Positions 45,561 through 59,831 of a stretch of DNA of 64,000 nucleotides are shown one piece after another (within the stretch, counting starts at the first letter, position 1; every line of letters starts with the position of its first letter). The stretch is from Eimeria praecox (Eukaryota), in NCBI GenBank assembly GCA_963920595.1, contig OY986949.1:4712001-4776000 (forward strand), in the 5' to 3' direction. Made by a program: the position numbers and the translations under genes. A model generated the notes under the pieces. The model saw nothing but the letters and a program-made list of their open reading frames with translations. It was not told where the DNA came from and searched no databases.

Positions 45561-46202
45561 GTTGTTGTGTAGTTCTTGCTGCTGTTGCTGCTGCTGCTGC
45601 TGTGTGTGTGTACAGACCCTCAGGGGCTTATCAGCGGAGATGCGTCTCCGTATCCTCCTGTCCCCACCTCTGCTGCTCATATAGTTGATAAGGTAGAGAG
45701 TGGAGGGGCAAGGATAGAGGAAGCGCTTATACGTATGAACTGCCGCTATCAAAATCTTTTCTTCAGTGCTGCTGCTGCTGCTGTAGCTGCAGGGGCATTC
45801 GGGTGTATCTCCAGCTTAACTAAATTAGATCTACCTGCTCTCGTCGTATGTATATTTATCGTGTGCGTCTTACGCGACATCACCATCCTCATCCTGCTGC
45901 TGCTGCTGCTCTTGCTGCTGCTCGTCGTGCTGCTGCTGCTGCTGCTCGTCGTGCTGCTGCTGCTGCTGCTCGTCGTGCTGCTGTTGCTGCTGCTGATGCT
46001 TCTACTGTCTCTGATGATGCCGCTGGTCTTCCTTCTCTTGCTGCTGCTGTCTAGGCATCTTCTGCTGCTGCTGCTTCTGTTGCTGCTGCTGCTGCTCTTG
46101 CTGCTGCTGCTGCTCTTGCTGCTGCTGCTGCTGCTGCTTTTTGTATGTTAGTTGTGTTATCTCTGTAAGCGCAGATCCACACAATAGTAGCTGTTTTTGT
46201 TT

Positions 46203-46274
<72 letters not shown>

Positions 46275-46799
46275 GTCTCCATTTGTTTTTCTTGTTTTCT
46301 TCTCCTTCTTTCCCTTTGATTTCTTCTTTTCAAATATCTCTACCATCGCAGTCTGACTGTCTCCTTCGTCTGTCTCCTGCTTCTGTCTCCCCTACCTGTC
46401 CCCTCTACCTGTCTCCTTCTTCTGTCTCCTTATCTGTCTCTCTCATCTGTCTCCTCTGCCTGTCTCCTTCATATGCCTCCTTCATCTGTCTCCTTCTGTC
46501 TCCTTCTGTCTCCTCCTGTCTCTCTCTCTGTCTCCCCCTGTCTCCTCCTGTCTCCTTCTGTCTCCCTCTGTCTCCTTCTGTCTCCCCCTGTCTCCTCCTC
46601 TCTCCTTCTGTCTCCTCCTGTCTCCTTCTCTCTCCTTCTCTCTCCTTCTGTCTCCTTCTGTCTCCTTCTGTCTCCTTTTGTTTTTCTCTTCTTCCGCAAA
46701 CATGTTTTTTTTTCGTATTTTTTATATTTTTTCATAATTTTAATATAATTAAATACAATTAAAACTAAATTAAATCAAATTAACTCAAATTAAATCAAA

Positions 46800-46830
<31 letters not shown>

Positions 46831-47402
46831 ATGTGTGTATTGTTTGTTTTCTGTAGGGTGTTTGGTTTTTTATTGATGATAATTGATGTCCCTGGTAGCC
46901 CTCGATGGGCAGGTCGTTATCGTACAATGATTCGTCGTTTCTTTCGTTTTTTAACTCGTTTAACATTTAAATCATTATTTTTATTTTATTTGGGTTGTTT
47001 GATATATATAATATTTTGCAATATATTATATGGGGGTATATTTGGAGCCTGTTCTTCTTTCTTATCTGGTATATGTGCTTTATATATATGTATAGTAGCA
47101 TTATTATCATTATTAATATCAATTAGAAAATGTTTAAGACTGGAGAAAGTAAGAAAATCAATATTATTAACATCTAGAGGGCATTATATTGAAATATATA
47201 ATAAATATGCCTCTTCAGACCCCAATCATGGTTTACAGTTGGAGGAATTTAATAGATTATCTGCGGACTCAACAGCAGGAAAGATACAATTTGATATTAC
47301 TGATCTTGCTATTATATTTAATGCTCTTGACGATCATCAAAAATCCGCTATTAATGAAAGAGAATTCGCACAGTGGATGAGTGGTAAGAATATATATTTA
47401 GA

Positions 47403-47480
<78 letters not shown>

Positions 47481-47537
47481 TATCTATCTATCTATTTATA
47501 TCTGTATCTATATCTGTATATCTATATGTATATATGC

Positions 47538-47584
<47 letters not shown>

Positions 47585-47637
47585 GATCTATCTATCTATT
47601 TATATCTCTATCTATATATCTATATGTATATATGTGT

Positions 47638-47708
<71 letters not shown>

Positions 47709-47791
47709 CCGATGTGTTTTATTTGTCTCTGTTTATATTATTTGTTGTATTTGTGTCTATTAGTTTTATTTGTTTGCGCATTTGTTATTTG

Positions 47792-47854
<63 letters not shown>

Positions 47855-47907
47855 GTCTGTCTCTGTTTCTTTACTTTGTCTCTGCAGGCACAATGACGTA
47901 TTTGTAA
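44981..47907 (+). CDS. Multi-pass membrane protein, COPI-associated/TVP15-like, with a C-terminal EF-hand-like region (about 276 aa)
   Basis: Exons 44981-45017 (first exon tentative), 45616-45862, 46857-47383, 47888-47907, phases consistent. About four hydrophobic segments with '[14 protein letters not shown]...[18 protein letters not shown]', then '[11 protein letters not shown]' and '[20 protein letters not shown]' (EF-hand-like loop). Confidence 0.75.
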
Positions 47908-48136
47908 GGGCCATTATAAAATAAATAAATATTTATTATAATAAAATAAATAAAGAGGAGACACCTGTCTCCTCTTTACTGTCTCCTCTTTAATTGTCTC
48001 CTCTTTGACTGTCTCCTCTTCAACTGTCTCCTTAGCTTCTGCTTCGCCCCCCTCTTGTCTTTTTACTATTATCGCAGCACTTAGGCTGGAGCTGCCACGC
48101 ATTATTTAAATATATAAATATATATAAATAAATAAA

Positions 48137-48182
<46 letters not shown>

Positions 48183-48672
48183 AGGGTCTGAAGGAGACAC
48201 CTGTCTCCTCTCACCCTTAAGAAGACAGCTTTAGCTTCCCCTGCAGCAAACAAACACCACGAAGGAGACAGCCATATCCTGAGGCGTATTCTGTCTTGCT
48301 GCAGCAGCAGCAGACCCTTTCCTGCTGCTGCTGCTGCTGCTGCTGCTGCAGGGGCTTTGCACGGTGTATAGAAACAAAACAACTGTAAAGTAATATGTTT
48401 AGCTTTTTATTGTTTGTCTGAGCTGCCTATACACCGTAGATACCACAGGAGCTGCGGAGACACCCCACCCCAGCATCTGTGGGGTGTCTCTACAGCTCAG
48501 CAACATTATTATATTATAACTATATTATATATATATAGTATTAATTATAATACTAATAATAATAATAAATATATTTTATATACATAAATAACAATACTAA
48601 GATTAAATATAATCTAAGTTGGAGACACTTCGTCCTTTGCAGTTTCAAGCCCGACAGAGGCGGGGGCTAACC

Positions 48673-48885
48673 CTAGCTAGCTAGCTAGCTAGCTAGCCAG
48701 CTAGCTAGCTAGCTAGATAGATAGATAGATGGCCAGCTAACTAGCTAGATAGCTAGCCAGCCAGCTAGCTAGCTAGCTAGCTAGCTAGTTAGTGTAGTTC
48801 AAGTTCTATGCGACTGGCAGTCAAGACACCAATCAGCAGGCCCACTGAAAAAACAAAATGCTGCAGACCTCGTGCTGCAGCTGTG

Positions 48886-48920
<35 letters not shown>

Positions 48921-49114
48921 GTCTGCTGCTGTGTCTGCTGCTGCTGCAGTTGTGTATCTGCTGCTGCAGTTGTGTCTGCTGCTGCTGCTGCTGTTGGTGT
49001 TGCTGCTGATGCTGTTAAGAACACGCCTACGTCACTTGGTGTTGCTGCTGCTGCTGCGAGAGCAACAACACCTGCAGCAGCAGCAGCAGCAGCAAGAACA
49101 GCAGCAGCATATGC

Positions 49115-49145
<31 letters not shown>

Positions 49146-49217
49146 TTTCATTCCCTCTAGAAGGCGACACCCCTCATTGTCTGTTGCTTCTGATAAGAGG
49201 AGGGCACACACGCCTTC

Positions 49218-49256
<39 letters not shown>

Positions 49257-49692
49257 AGAACAACAACAACAGCTGCTGCTGCTGCTGCTGCAGCAGCAGC
49301 AGCAGCAGCTCTACTCTACGCTTTCCCACATAATAGAGACACTCTGCGTGGGATCGATCGATCCCCGTCTTCTTGCTGCTAGACAATCAATGCTTGCTGC
49401 ATGCAGAGGCTAACTGCTACAGCTGCAGCTGTCTGCTGCCATGGCTAGCTAGCTAGCTACACAGCTAGCTAGCTAGCCAGATTGATTGATTCATAGCTAG
49501 CTAGCTAGCTAGCTAGCTACTCAGCAAGATTCATAGCTAGCTAGACTGATTGATGGCTAGCTAGCTATCAATCCAGCTAGCTAGCTACCTACCTAACTGG
49601 ATTGATAGCTAGCTAGCTAGCTAGACTGATAGCTAGCTAGCTAGCTAGACTGATAGCTAGCTAGCTAGCTAGACTGATAGCTAGCTAGCTAG
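48673..49692. repeat. (AGCT)n arrays (48673-48790 and 49443-49692) between the convergent COPI-associated and ZIP genes
   Basis: Directly visible. Confidence 0.88.
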
Positions 49693-49745
49693 ATTAATTG
49701 ATATATTTATGGCTAAGGAGCGGTAAATACAACCTCCAGCTATCT

Positions 49746-49807
49746 TCAGTGGGCATGTGGAGGAGACGATCCCCGCAAGTTGCTGTTGCTGCTGCTGCTG
49801 TCACCGG

Positions 49808-49838
<31 letters not shown>

Positions 49839-49965
49839 GCTGCTGCTGCTGCTGCTGCTGGTGCTGCTGCTATTATTCGAGGACGTCGAAGTCGTCGTAG
49901 CTTCACCTTCTCGGTGAATCTGCTGCTCACGCACCGCTGGCTCCTCCTGCATATCTTGCTGCTGC

Positions 49966-50015
<50 letters not shown>

Positions 50016-50128
50016 TTGCTGCGTATGTTCTACAGGATGATGATGGTGATGAGTATGCAGATCGAGGTGTCTGTACACCTCCACCGCATCCTCTCCCTCT
50101 CTCCCCCCCCCATCACCACCACTACCAC

Positions 50129-50173
<45 letters not shown>

Positions 50174-50668
50174 GAGCAGCAGCATCATCATCACTCGTAT
50201 GAATATAAGAATAATTAGTATGAGAATGGTTATGATGATGATGCAATGCATGCGTATGATGCATGCAGACAGGCGCATGCAGAAGATCGAGAGAGAAGAG
50301 AAGCCCCAAACCACAGAGGAAAGCAAAACAACGAAGAAGACGACGACGCAGACGAGCACGAGCCTCAAACTCAGATAACATCTATATATTTATATTTATA
50401 TTTATTTATTTATTTATTTATTTATATATATACAGACACACACACACACACACATACAAACCCTAAACCCTAAACCCTAGATGTATAACCCTAATAATAA
50501 ACCCTAATAAACCTTAATACATTCTATTAAATATCAACAAACCCACCACCCAAAAAAAAATAATAGAGAAAACCCTACACAAACCCTAAACCCTAAACCC
50601 TAAACCCTAAACCCTAAACCCTAAACCCCAGATACATAACCCTAATAAACCCTAGATACCCTAACAAG

Positions 50669-50721
<53 letters not shown>

Positions 50722-52243
50722 CTAATCCTAAACCCTATCTCTAAACCCTAACCCTAGACCGATAACAAACCCCAGTCAATCCTAGTATAGCATAGCAACA
50801 TGCTTAGGGTTTAGGGTTTAGTAGGTGCTACGGCCTCACCTCGATGCATGCATATAATATAACCCCCACAGCCAGTGCGTTCAACACTCCAGCAGCAGCA
50901 GACCCTGCAGCAGCAGCAGCAGCATATGATGATGATGAGCACACAGCAGGAGACAGAGACAGACAGCAGGGGACAGAGACAGACAGCAGGAGATAGAGAC
51001 AGACAGCAGGAGACAGATAGAGACAGATAGAGACAGACAGCAGGAGACAGATACAGACAGCAGGAGACAGATAGAGACACACAGCAGGAGACAGACAGAG
51101 AGAGACAGCAGGAGACAGCTAGAGACAGAGAGCAGGAGACAGATAGAGACGTAGACAGCAGGAGACAGCTAGAGCCAACAGGAGACAGATAGAGACAGAG
51201 ACAGCAGGAGACAGATAGAGACAACAGGAGACAGATAGAGACAGAGACAGCAGGAGACAGGTAGAGACAACAGGAGACAGATAGAGACGTAGACAGCAGG
51301 AGACAGATAGAGACAACAGGAGACAGATAGAGCCAACAGGAGACAGTCCCTCTCACCTCCCTTCACGATGCATGCTCCCAGAAGAACGCCCAGAGGTGTT
51401 GTAGAGAGAAAGGCGAGGAGACAGGTAAGTACTAACCAACGAGGCTGCAGACACAGCAGCAGCAAACACAAGGAGACAGCAGCAAACACAAGGAGACAGC
51501 AGCAGACATAAGGAGACAGCAGGAGATTGAGTACGCGCTAGCAGATGCAGGTATACACACCTGCAGCAGCAGCAACAGCAGCATTGAAGTGGCAGCAGCA
51601 ACAGCAATAGCAACAGCAGCAGCAGTGGCACCAGCAGCAGCAGCAGGAGCAGCAGCAGGTGTTGAGGTGTACGTACAGCTCGAGCCTTTACAAAAGCAGA
51701 AGACAGAGCAACAGCCTCAGCTCCTTTATGCCCTAAGACAGCTAATGCTGCTATCCACACATCGGCGTTGCTGCGCGTCATCCCCACAACAATTGCTGCA
51801 GCAGCAGCAGCAGCAGCAGCAACAGTAGTAGTGAGGTGTACAGACACTGCAAACGAGAGTTAACATTAGATATTAGCTAGAAATGTAGAAAGAGACAGAA
51901 GAAATAAAACAAATAAAGGAGACACAGGAGACACATACACATATCCTGCAGCAGCAGCAACAGCAGCAAGCAGCAGCAGCAAGCAGCAGCAGCAAGCACC
52001 AGCAGCAGCAGCTACTGCTGCTGCTGTCTGTCTCCTTCAGCAGCATAGAAATGAGTAGAAACAAAAGGAGACAGAAGCAAAGGAGACAGCCAAAAGATAT
52101 AAAGAGAGACAGAGACAGCAGGGCTGCATGCAGCAGCTGTACATACACCCCACACAACCCCACACACACCTTCTAGAAAAGCGTGAGCTCCTAATGCTGC
52201 AGCCAAAGGCACCTTCGATCCTCCTCTTGTTGCTGGACGTACG

Positions 52244-52276
<33 letters not shown>

Positions 52277-52328
52277 AGCTTGTGCAGCAAATGGGCTTCA
52301 TCCGAACAGGCTTGGTCTGCAGCAACAC

Positions 52329-52363
<35 letters not shown>

Positions 52364-52523
52364 TAGGAGAAACAGCAGCAGCAGCAGCAGTATAGGGGAA
52401 ATAACAGCAGCAGCAGCAGCATAGGAGAAACAGCAGCAGCAGTAGCAGCAGCAGTATAAGAGAAACAGCAGCAGCAGCAGCAGGGAACAGCAACACAACC
52501 AAAAGGGCCGCAGCAACAAGACA

Positions 52524-52564
<41 letters not shown>

Positions 52565-52635
52565 GACTTACTGTCAAGTGCTACAGCTCCAGCAGCATAG
52601 TTGCCTCTCCCTGCAGGGCAGCTGTCGCCTCCCTG

Positions 52636-52671
<36 letters not shown>

Positions 52672-52838
52672 AGTTTGCAACAGCAGCAAAAGCTGCGGGC
52701 CTCAAAATACATGCATGCAGCAGCAACAGCAGCAGCAACAGCAGCAGCAGCAGCAGGACCGGGCAGCAGCAGCACTGAAGGCAGCAGCACCTTGTCAGCC
52801 GTAACAGCAACAAGCACACCAACAGCAGCAGCAGGAAA

Positions 52839-52880
<42 letters not shown>

Positions 52881-53464
52881 ACTCTAACCTGACAGTTGTC
52901 GCCTGTCAGCCCGCAGTGTACACGCAGCTCTGAAGTAGGAGAGTGAGAGAGAGAGCAGCAGACGGCCCCCCCCCCCTCGCATGCATTCCCTTTGCTGCTG
53001 CAGCAGCTGCTGCTGCTGCAGCCTCGCTGTCCTGCAGCAGCAGCAGCAGCAGCTGGTGCTGCTGTTGCTGCTCCACCACAACCAGGATCGCAAGGAGACA
53101 CTCTCCCGCTGCTGCTGCTGCTGCTAGGACGCCGGCCTCCCTCTGCTGCTCCTGCTGCTGCTGCTGCTGCAGGAGCAGCAGCAGCAAGATGAGAAGACTC
53201 CCCACTTCCCTTGGCTGCTGTGTTTTGCTGCTGCTGCTGCTGCTGCTGTGTTTGCTCTCCCTTCTCGTTTCTTGCTGCTCCCGCAGCAGCAGCAGCAGCA
53301 ACAGCAGGAGCAGCAGCAGCAGCAGCAACAGGACGCTGGGGGCACCCTATATCTTGCTCGTTTGCTGCTGTATGTGCTTCCACACAATCTTCACACTCAG
53401 GACAGTATGCTGCTTCGCTGCAAGCCCCGTGCTGCTGTGCATGCAGGTGTGCTGGATGCGGCAG

Positions 53465-53497
<33 letters not shown>

Positions 53498-54214
53498 GTC
53501 TCCGTCAGCAACAGAACTCGAATCTGAACAGCTGTCGCTATCATGATGTCCATCTGCAGCAGCAGCAACACAAACAGCAGCAGCAGCAGCAGCAACATAA
53601 ACAGCAGCAGCAGCAGCAGCAGCATAAACAGCAACAGCAGCAGCAGCAGCAGTGTCAACATGCAAAGATATACACAACGCCAGCAACAACTAATGCAGCA
53701 GCAGCAGGGGCTACTCGAATGCCATCAGCAGCAACAATAACTATAACAGCAGCAGCAACTACAACAGCAGCAGCAACTAGAACAGCAGCAGCAGCAGCAG
53801 CAGCAGCAAGAACAGAAGCACCAAGAACGGCAGCAACAGCAGCACCAAGAACAGCAGCAGCAGCAGCACCAAGAACAGCAGCAGCACCAGCAGCACCAAG
53901 AACAGCAGCAGCAGCACCAAGAACAGCAGCAGCAGCAGCACCACCAACAACAACAACAACAACAGCAGCAGCAGCAGCAGCAGCAGCAAGAACAGCAGCA
54001 GCAGCAGGATCTGACGGGAGTGTGACTGTCCCCAAATTTGTTCGAAGAATAACATAAAAGTTAATCCCGCAGCAGCAAGAACGTAAGCAGCATTATAAGG
54101 ATGTTGATGGTCTCCATGCTGCAGCTGTACAGACACCCCAGATTCCTCCAGCTGCGCAGCCGCCTCAGGCAGCAAGTGCAGCAAACCTAAACCCAAGAAG
54201 GCTCCTGTATACAC

Positions 54215-54246
<32 letters not shown>

Positions 54247-54360
54247 ACAGCAGCAGCAGCAACAGCAGCAGCAGAAGAAGGAAGATATGGGCGCTACGTG
54301 ATGAAGAAAGAACAGACAGATGTGTTCGGAAGCAGCAGAAGAAGCAGCAGCAACACACAT

Positions 54361-54391
<31 letters not shown>

Positions 54392-55028
54392 GACATAGCA
54401 GCAGCAGCAGCAGAAACGATAACACCAACTGACACAGCAGCAGCAACAGCCGCAGATACAACAAGAGCTACTGACACAGCAGCAGCAACAGTAGACACAG
54501 CAGCAGCAGCAACTGACACGGAAGCAGCAGCAACACACAGCAACAGCAGCAGCAGCAACAGCAGCAGCAGCGTGTAGTCGTACCGCATGCAAAGCAATTG
54601 AGGAATACTAACATAACTTGAATCCATGAGTTTCCCCTGCTGCTGCTGCTGCTGCGGGGCCCCCCTTGCTGCTGCTGCTGTGCTGCAGCAGCAGCAGCAG
54701 CTTTTCTATTTAAATAAAACGGTAAGTAAGCACCGCCGGCGGAGACAGCCGTGAGGAGACAGACAGCAAACAGTTTAGAGGCCCACACAGGGAATTCGTG
54801 CTGCTGCTCGTCCTGTACATCTTGCTGCTGCAGCTGCTGCTGCTGCTGCAGCTGCTGCTGCTGCAGCTGCCGCTGCTGCTGCAGCTGCCGCTGCTGCTGC
54901 AGCTCATGGTGGTGGTGATGATGCTCCTCGCCTGCTGCATGCGAGGAATGTGCGAAGACACTCGAAGGCATCCCTGCTGCTGCTGCTGCTGCTGCAGCTG
55001 CTGCTGCAGCACCCCACCAAGACATCAT
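49746..55028 (-). CDS. ZIP (SLC39) family zinc/metal transporter, about 804 aa
   Basis: Exons (minus): 55028-54584, 54204-54016, 53553-52889, 52632-52572, 52316-52170, 51795-51677, 51444-51357, 50904-50840, 50381-49746. Motifs [21 protein letters not shown] (TM2), AHAFLEA (TM4), HKGAEAVAL (TM5), TTPLGVLLG (TM6), [11 protein letters not shown] (TM7), plus His-rich tracts. Confidence 0.9.
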
Positions 55029-55192
55029 TGCTTCTCTATATACACTTGCTCATCTGCATGCAGGACCTGCTGCAGCTGCCGTGCTGCTGCTGCTGCTGCT
55101 GCAGCTGCAGCTGCTGCTGCTACTTTGCCGCTGCTATAACAGGTAAGGCTGTTTCCTTTAATGTTGCTGTTGCGGCGCGTACTGTGGCAGAG

Positions 55193-55236
<44 letters not shown>

Positions 55237-55345
55237 AGGACTCCCCTCTAGAGGCTGAAGCCAACTAATCCCCCTCGTTTAATGAAAGCAACAAAGAAGG
55301 GGGAAGTAGAACGTAGGAGTGCTATGGGGGCCCCAAGCCCCAGAA

Positions 55346-55384
<39 letters not shown>

Positions 55385-55507
55385 ACGGTTGCTGCTGCTG
55401 CTGCAGCGTCAGTGGGGCGGCATACTGCAGCATGAATATGCTTTAAATAACTAAATGATAGATAGTAAATTGAGAAATGTCTCTAAATGGGGGGGCTACT
55501 GTCCGGC

Positions 55508-55566
<59 letters not shown>

Positions 55567-55727
55567 GGCGCTTCGCTGCGGTTGGGCTCAACAGAAAAAA
55601 CTATAACCCCAAAAAAAAAAGAATATGTTTAATTTGTAGATACGTAATAAATAATATCTAGAAGAATGAAGAAGGAGTTGCCCGCATCTGTCAGGTGTAT
55701 GGTGTGGGGTCCGCTCCGCTAGCACGT

Positions 55728-55807
<80 letters not shown>

Positions 55808-55948
55808 CCGCTGGGCCTGGTCGGAGCCGATGCTGCTGTTGTTGCTGCTGCTGCTGCGACTGCCGCTGTTTTTATTATTATCGAAATTAAATGTATAAAA
55901 CTAATTTGTATATTTAAGTTTGTGTATTTGTCTGTGAATGCAATCTGC

Positions 55949-55993
<45 letters not shown>

Positions 55994-56413
55994 CGACGAG
56001 CCGACCTCAAGTTGAGGCCTCCAGGGGGGTCTGTGTTGTTGTCTTCCTTTAGAAGCTGGCAGCAGCTAGCTACAGCTAGCTACAGCTAGCCACAGCTAGC
56101 TACACCTGAAGTCATCTAGCTGCTGCTGCTGCTCGTTGCTGCTTGCATGCAGCAGCAGCAGCAGCGTTGAGGCGGGAGACTGCAGCAGCAGCAGCAGCAG
56201 CAGCAGCAGCTCACCACCGCCGCCGCAGCAGCAGCCGCTGCTGCAGCAGCAGCTGCTGCTGCTGCTGCAGCAGCCGCTGCAGAGGCAAGAAGATGCTGCT
56301 GCTGCTGCAGCGAATATGGGTAGTGCTGCTGCTGCTGCTGCTGCTGCTGCAAAGCCCTCACAATGCATGCAGCAGAGTGCTGCAGCAGGGAGACACCCAA
56401 CCCCTATGGACGA

Positions 56414-56575
56414 ATGAAAACAGTAAGACTGCTGCTGCTGCTGCTGCTGCTGTTGCTGCTGTTGCTGCTGCTGCTGCTGCTAGTGTCAGTCTGTAATAAT
56501 CTCATTGCTGTTTTTCGTAGCTTCTGAACCTTTTCTAACTCTCCTTCCCTTGTATTTGTATACGTAGCGTGTATG

Positions 56576-56613
<38 letters not shown>

Positions 56614-56666
56614 CATAGTATATATATAATATAATGTGTACGCATATATATAATAATGTGTGGCTA

Positions 56667-56729
<63 letters not shown>

Positions 56730-56822
56730 ATATAAGGTATCTGCATATATATAATAATGTGTATCTAATGTGTATAGATATATATGTGTGCGTGGAGAAT
56801 GGCGTATATATATCTATATCTA

Positions 56823-56907
<85 letters not shown>

Positions 56908-57122
56908 TTATATATACATAAATATAAATATAAATATAAATATAAATATAATATAAAGATAAAACAAATATAAATATAAATATAATACAAATATAAATAT
57001 AATTATATTATAAACATAAATATCAATATATTATAAATATCAATATAAATATAAATATAAATATAATATAAATACATATATAAATATAAATTCAAATCTA
57101 AGTGTAAGTTTAAAAAAAAACA

Positions 57123-57169
<47 letters not shown>

Positions 57170-59758
57170 AATATGTGTGTGTCTGTGTTGTGTTTGGGGT
57201 GTATATGCAGTATCAGTCCCTGTATCTGATCGTCGGGTGTATAGGGAGCTGTATTTAAATAATAAGATGCGTGTATTATTAATAAGAGAAGAAGATTGTA
57301 AAGAGTCTGCGGTGTCTATACGTATAGGGGTAGGATCAACAAGTGACCCTGCCCCCGTGATGGGCGTTGCCCATCTAATAGAACATCTATTATTTCAGGG
57401 TTCTTCTAAATATCCTGATAGCTCAGATTTTTTTAATTATATACATCTTCATGGAGGTACAACAAATGCTTATACAAGTAAATATTCTACGGTAATATCT
57501 TTCTCTATATCCCCTAAATATATTTATGGGGCTTTAGATAGATTAATTAATATGATTATAGAGCCTATCTTCAAACATAAAAATATTTACAAAGAATTGC
57601 ATGCTATCAATAATGAATTCCTACTCAAGTTTAATGATGATAAAATACGAACAGCACACTTCATTAGACAGGTATACAACTGACAGTTATCGAAGGGCTT
57701 GGGGGGTTTAGGGTTTAGGGTTTAGGGGTTAGGGGTTAGGGTTTGGGGGTTAAGGGCTTAGGGATTGCGGGTTTAGGGTTTAGGGTTTAGGGTTGGGGGG
57801 TTTAGGGTTTGGAGGTTTAGGGTTTAGGGTTTAGGGTTGGGGGGTTTAGGGTTTGGAGGTTTAGGGTTTGGAGGTTTAGGGTTTAGGGTTTGGGGGGTTT
57901 AGGATTTAGGGTTTGGGAGGTTTAGGGTGTAGAGTTAAGGGTTTAGGGTCTAGGGTTTAGGGTTAAAGGTTTAGGGTTTAGGGTTTAGGGTTTAGGGTTT
58001 AGGGTTTAGGGTTTAGGGTTTAGGGTTTAGGGTTTGTTATATGTAGAGCAAGTTACAAACTCCTTTCTCTAATTTTTCTGTCGGGAATTTCGAAAGTTTA
58101 ATAAAACAACCAAAATCTCAGCGAGTAAATTTAGTTGAAGAGGTTAAACGATTCCACGCAAAGTGGTGACCCCTAAACCCTAAACCCTAAACCCTAAACC
58201 CTAAACCCTAAACCCTGAACCCTAAACCCTAATCTTAAATCCGTATCTTAAACCCTTATCTTAAACCCTAGTCTTAAACCCTAAACCCTAAACCCTTATC
58301 TTAAACCCTAAACCCTAAACCCTAAACCCTTATCTTAAACCCTTATCTTAAATCCGTATCTTAAGCCCTAATCTTAAACCCTAAACCCTAATCTTAAACC
58401 CTTATCTTAAACCCTTATCTTAAACCCTAGTCTTAAACCCTTATCTTAAACCCTAATCTTAAACCCTAGTCTTAAACCCTAGTCTTAAACCCTAATCTTA
58501 AACCCTAATCTTAAACCCTAATCTTAAACCCGAGTATTAAACCGTTATCTTAAACCCTTATCATAAACCCTTATCTTAAACCCTTATCTTAAACCCTAGT
58601 CTTAAACCCTAATCTTAAACCCTAATCGTAAACCCTTAACCCTAATCGTAAACGTAAAAACCTAATCTTAAGCCCTAAACCCTAAACCATGATCTCAAAT
58701 TCTAAACCCTAATCCTAAACCCTAATCCTACTGTCTCTCTTCTCTGTCTCCTTCTTCTCTGTCTCTCTTCTCTGTCTCCTTCTTCTCTGTCTCTCTTCTC
58801 TGTCTCCTTCTTCTCTGTCTCTATTTTCTGTCTCCTTCTTATCTGTCTCTCTTCTCTGTCTCCCTCTTATCTGTCTCTCTTCTCTGTCTGTCTCCTCTGC
58901 CTGTCTCCTCTCCCTCTCTGTCCCCTCTCTTGTTTACTTTTCTATGAACATCTACAACATACTATATTGAATAAATTGATTATAAAAATATTATATTTTT
59001 AAAATATAATAATAATAATAATAATAAATATTAATATTATTATTATTATTTATTTATCGACATAATATATTGGATAAATTAATTATAAAAATATTATATT
59101 TTTTAATATAATAATAATAATAATAATAATTAATATAAATATTATTATTATTATATATTTATGTTTAGGTATTCAAGTAATCTAATGACAGCAGTAGTAT
59201 TTGGGGGCGAGTCTCTTGACGCCCTACAAGATTTAGCTGTCTCCTTTCTCTCTCTTATCCCCAATAAAAATACTCCCCCGCCTTCGTTTAGAGAATGTTC
59301 TATCAACTATCAACCCTTCGCTCAAGACGAACTTAAAACTATTGTACAATTCATTATAAACACATTGAGGGTTTAGGGTTTAGGGTCTAGGGTTTAGGGT
59401 TTAGGGTCTAGGGTTTAGGGTTTAGGGTTTAGGGTTTAGGGGTTTTAGAGTTTTACAGTTTGAGATGCAGGGAGTCTTCTTAAGAAACTAAATTTAGGGT
59501 TTAGGGTTTAGGGTTTAGGGTTTAGGGTTTAGGGTTTAGGGTTTAAAAGGAAAGGGCGACTTCACTCCTCCCCCGCATGCATGCATGCATGCTACACCCT
59601 AAACCCTAAACCCTAAACCCTAAACCCTAAATTTATGCATGCATGCATGCATGTATGGGGCTTTCCTGATTGTATGTTTGTATGTGTGTGTGTGTATTTG
59701 TTTGTTTATGTATTTATTTGTTTGTTTATGTATGCATTTATTTATTTATATATTAATT

Positions 59759-59831
<73 letters not shown>

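Noticed and set aside
57705..58035. Telomere-like arrays as a chromosome end or contig join
   Set aside because: The arrays lie inside introns, and the reading frame continues correctly across them.
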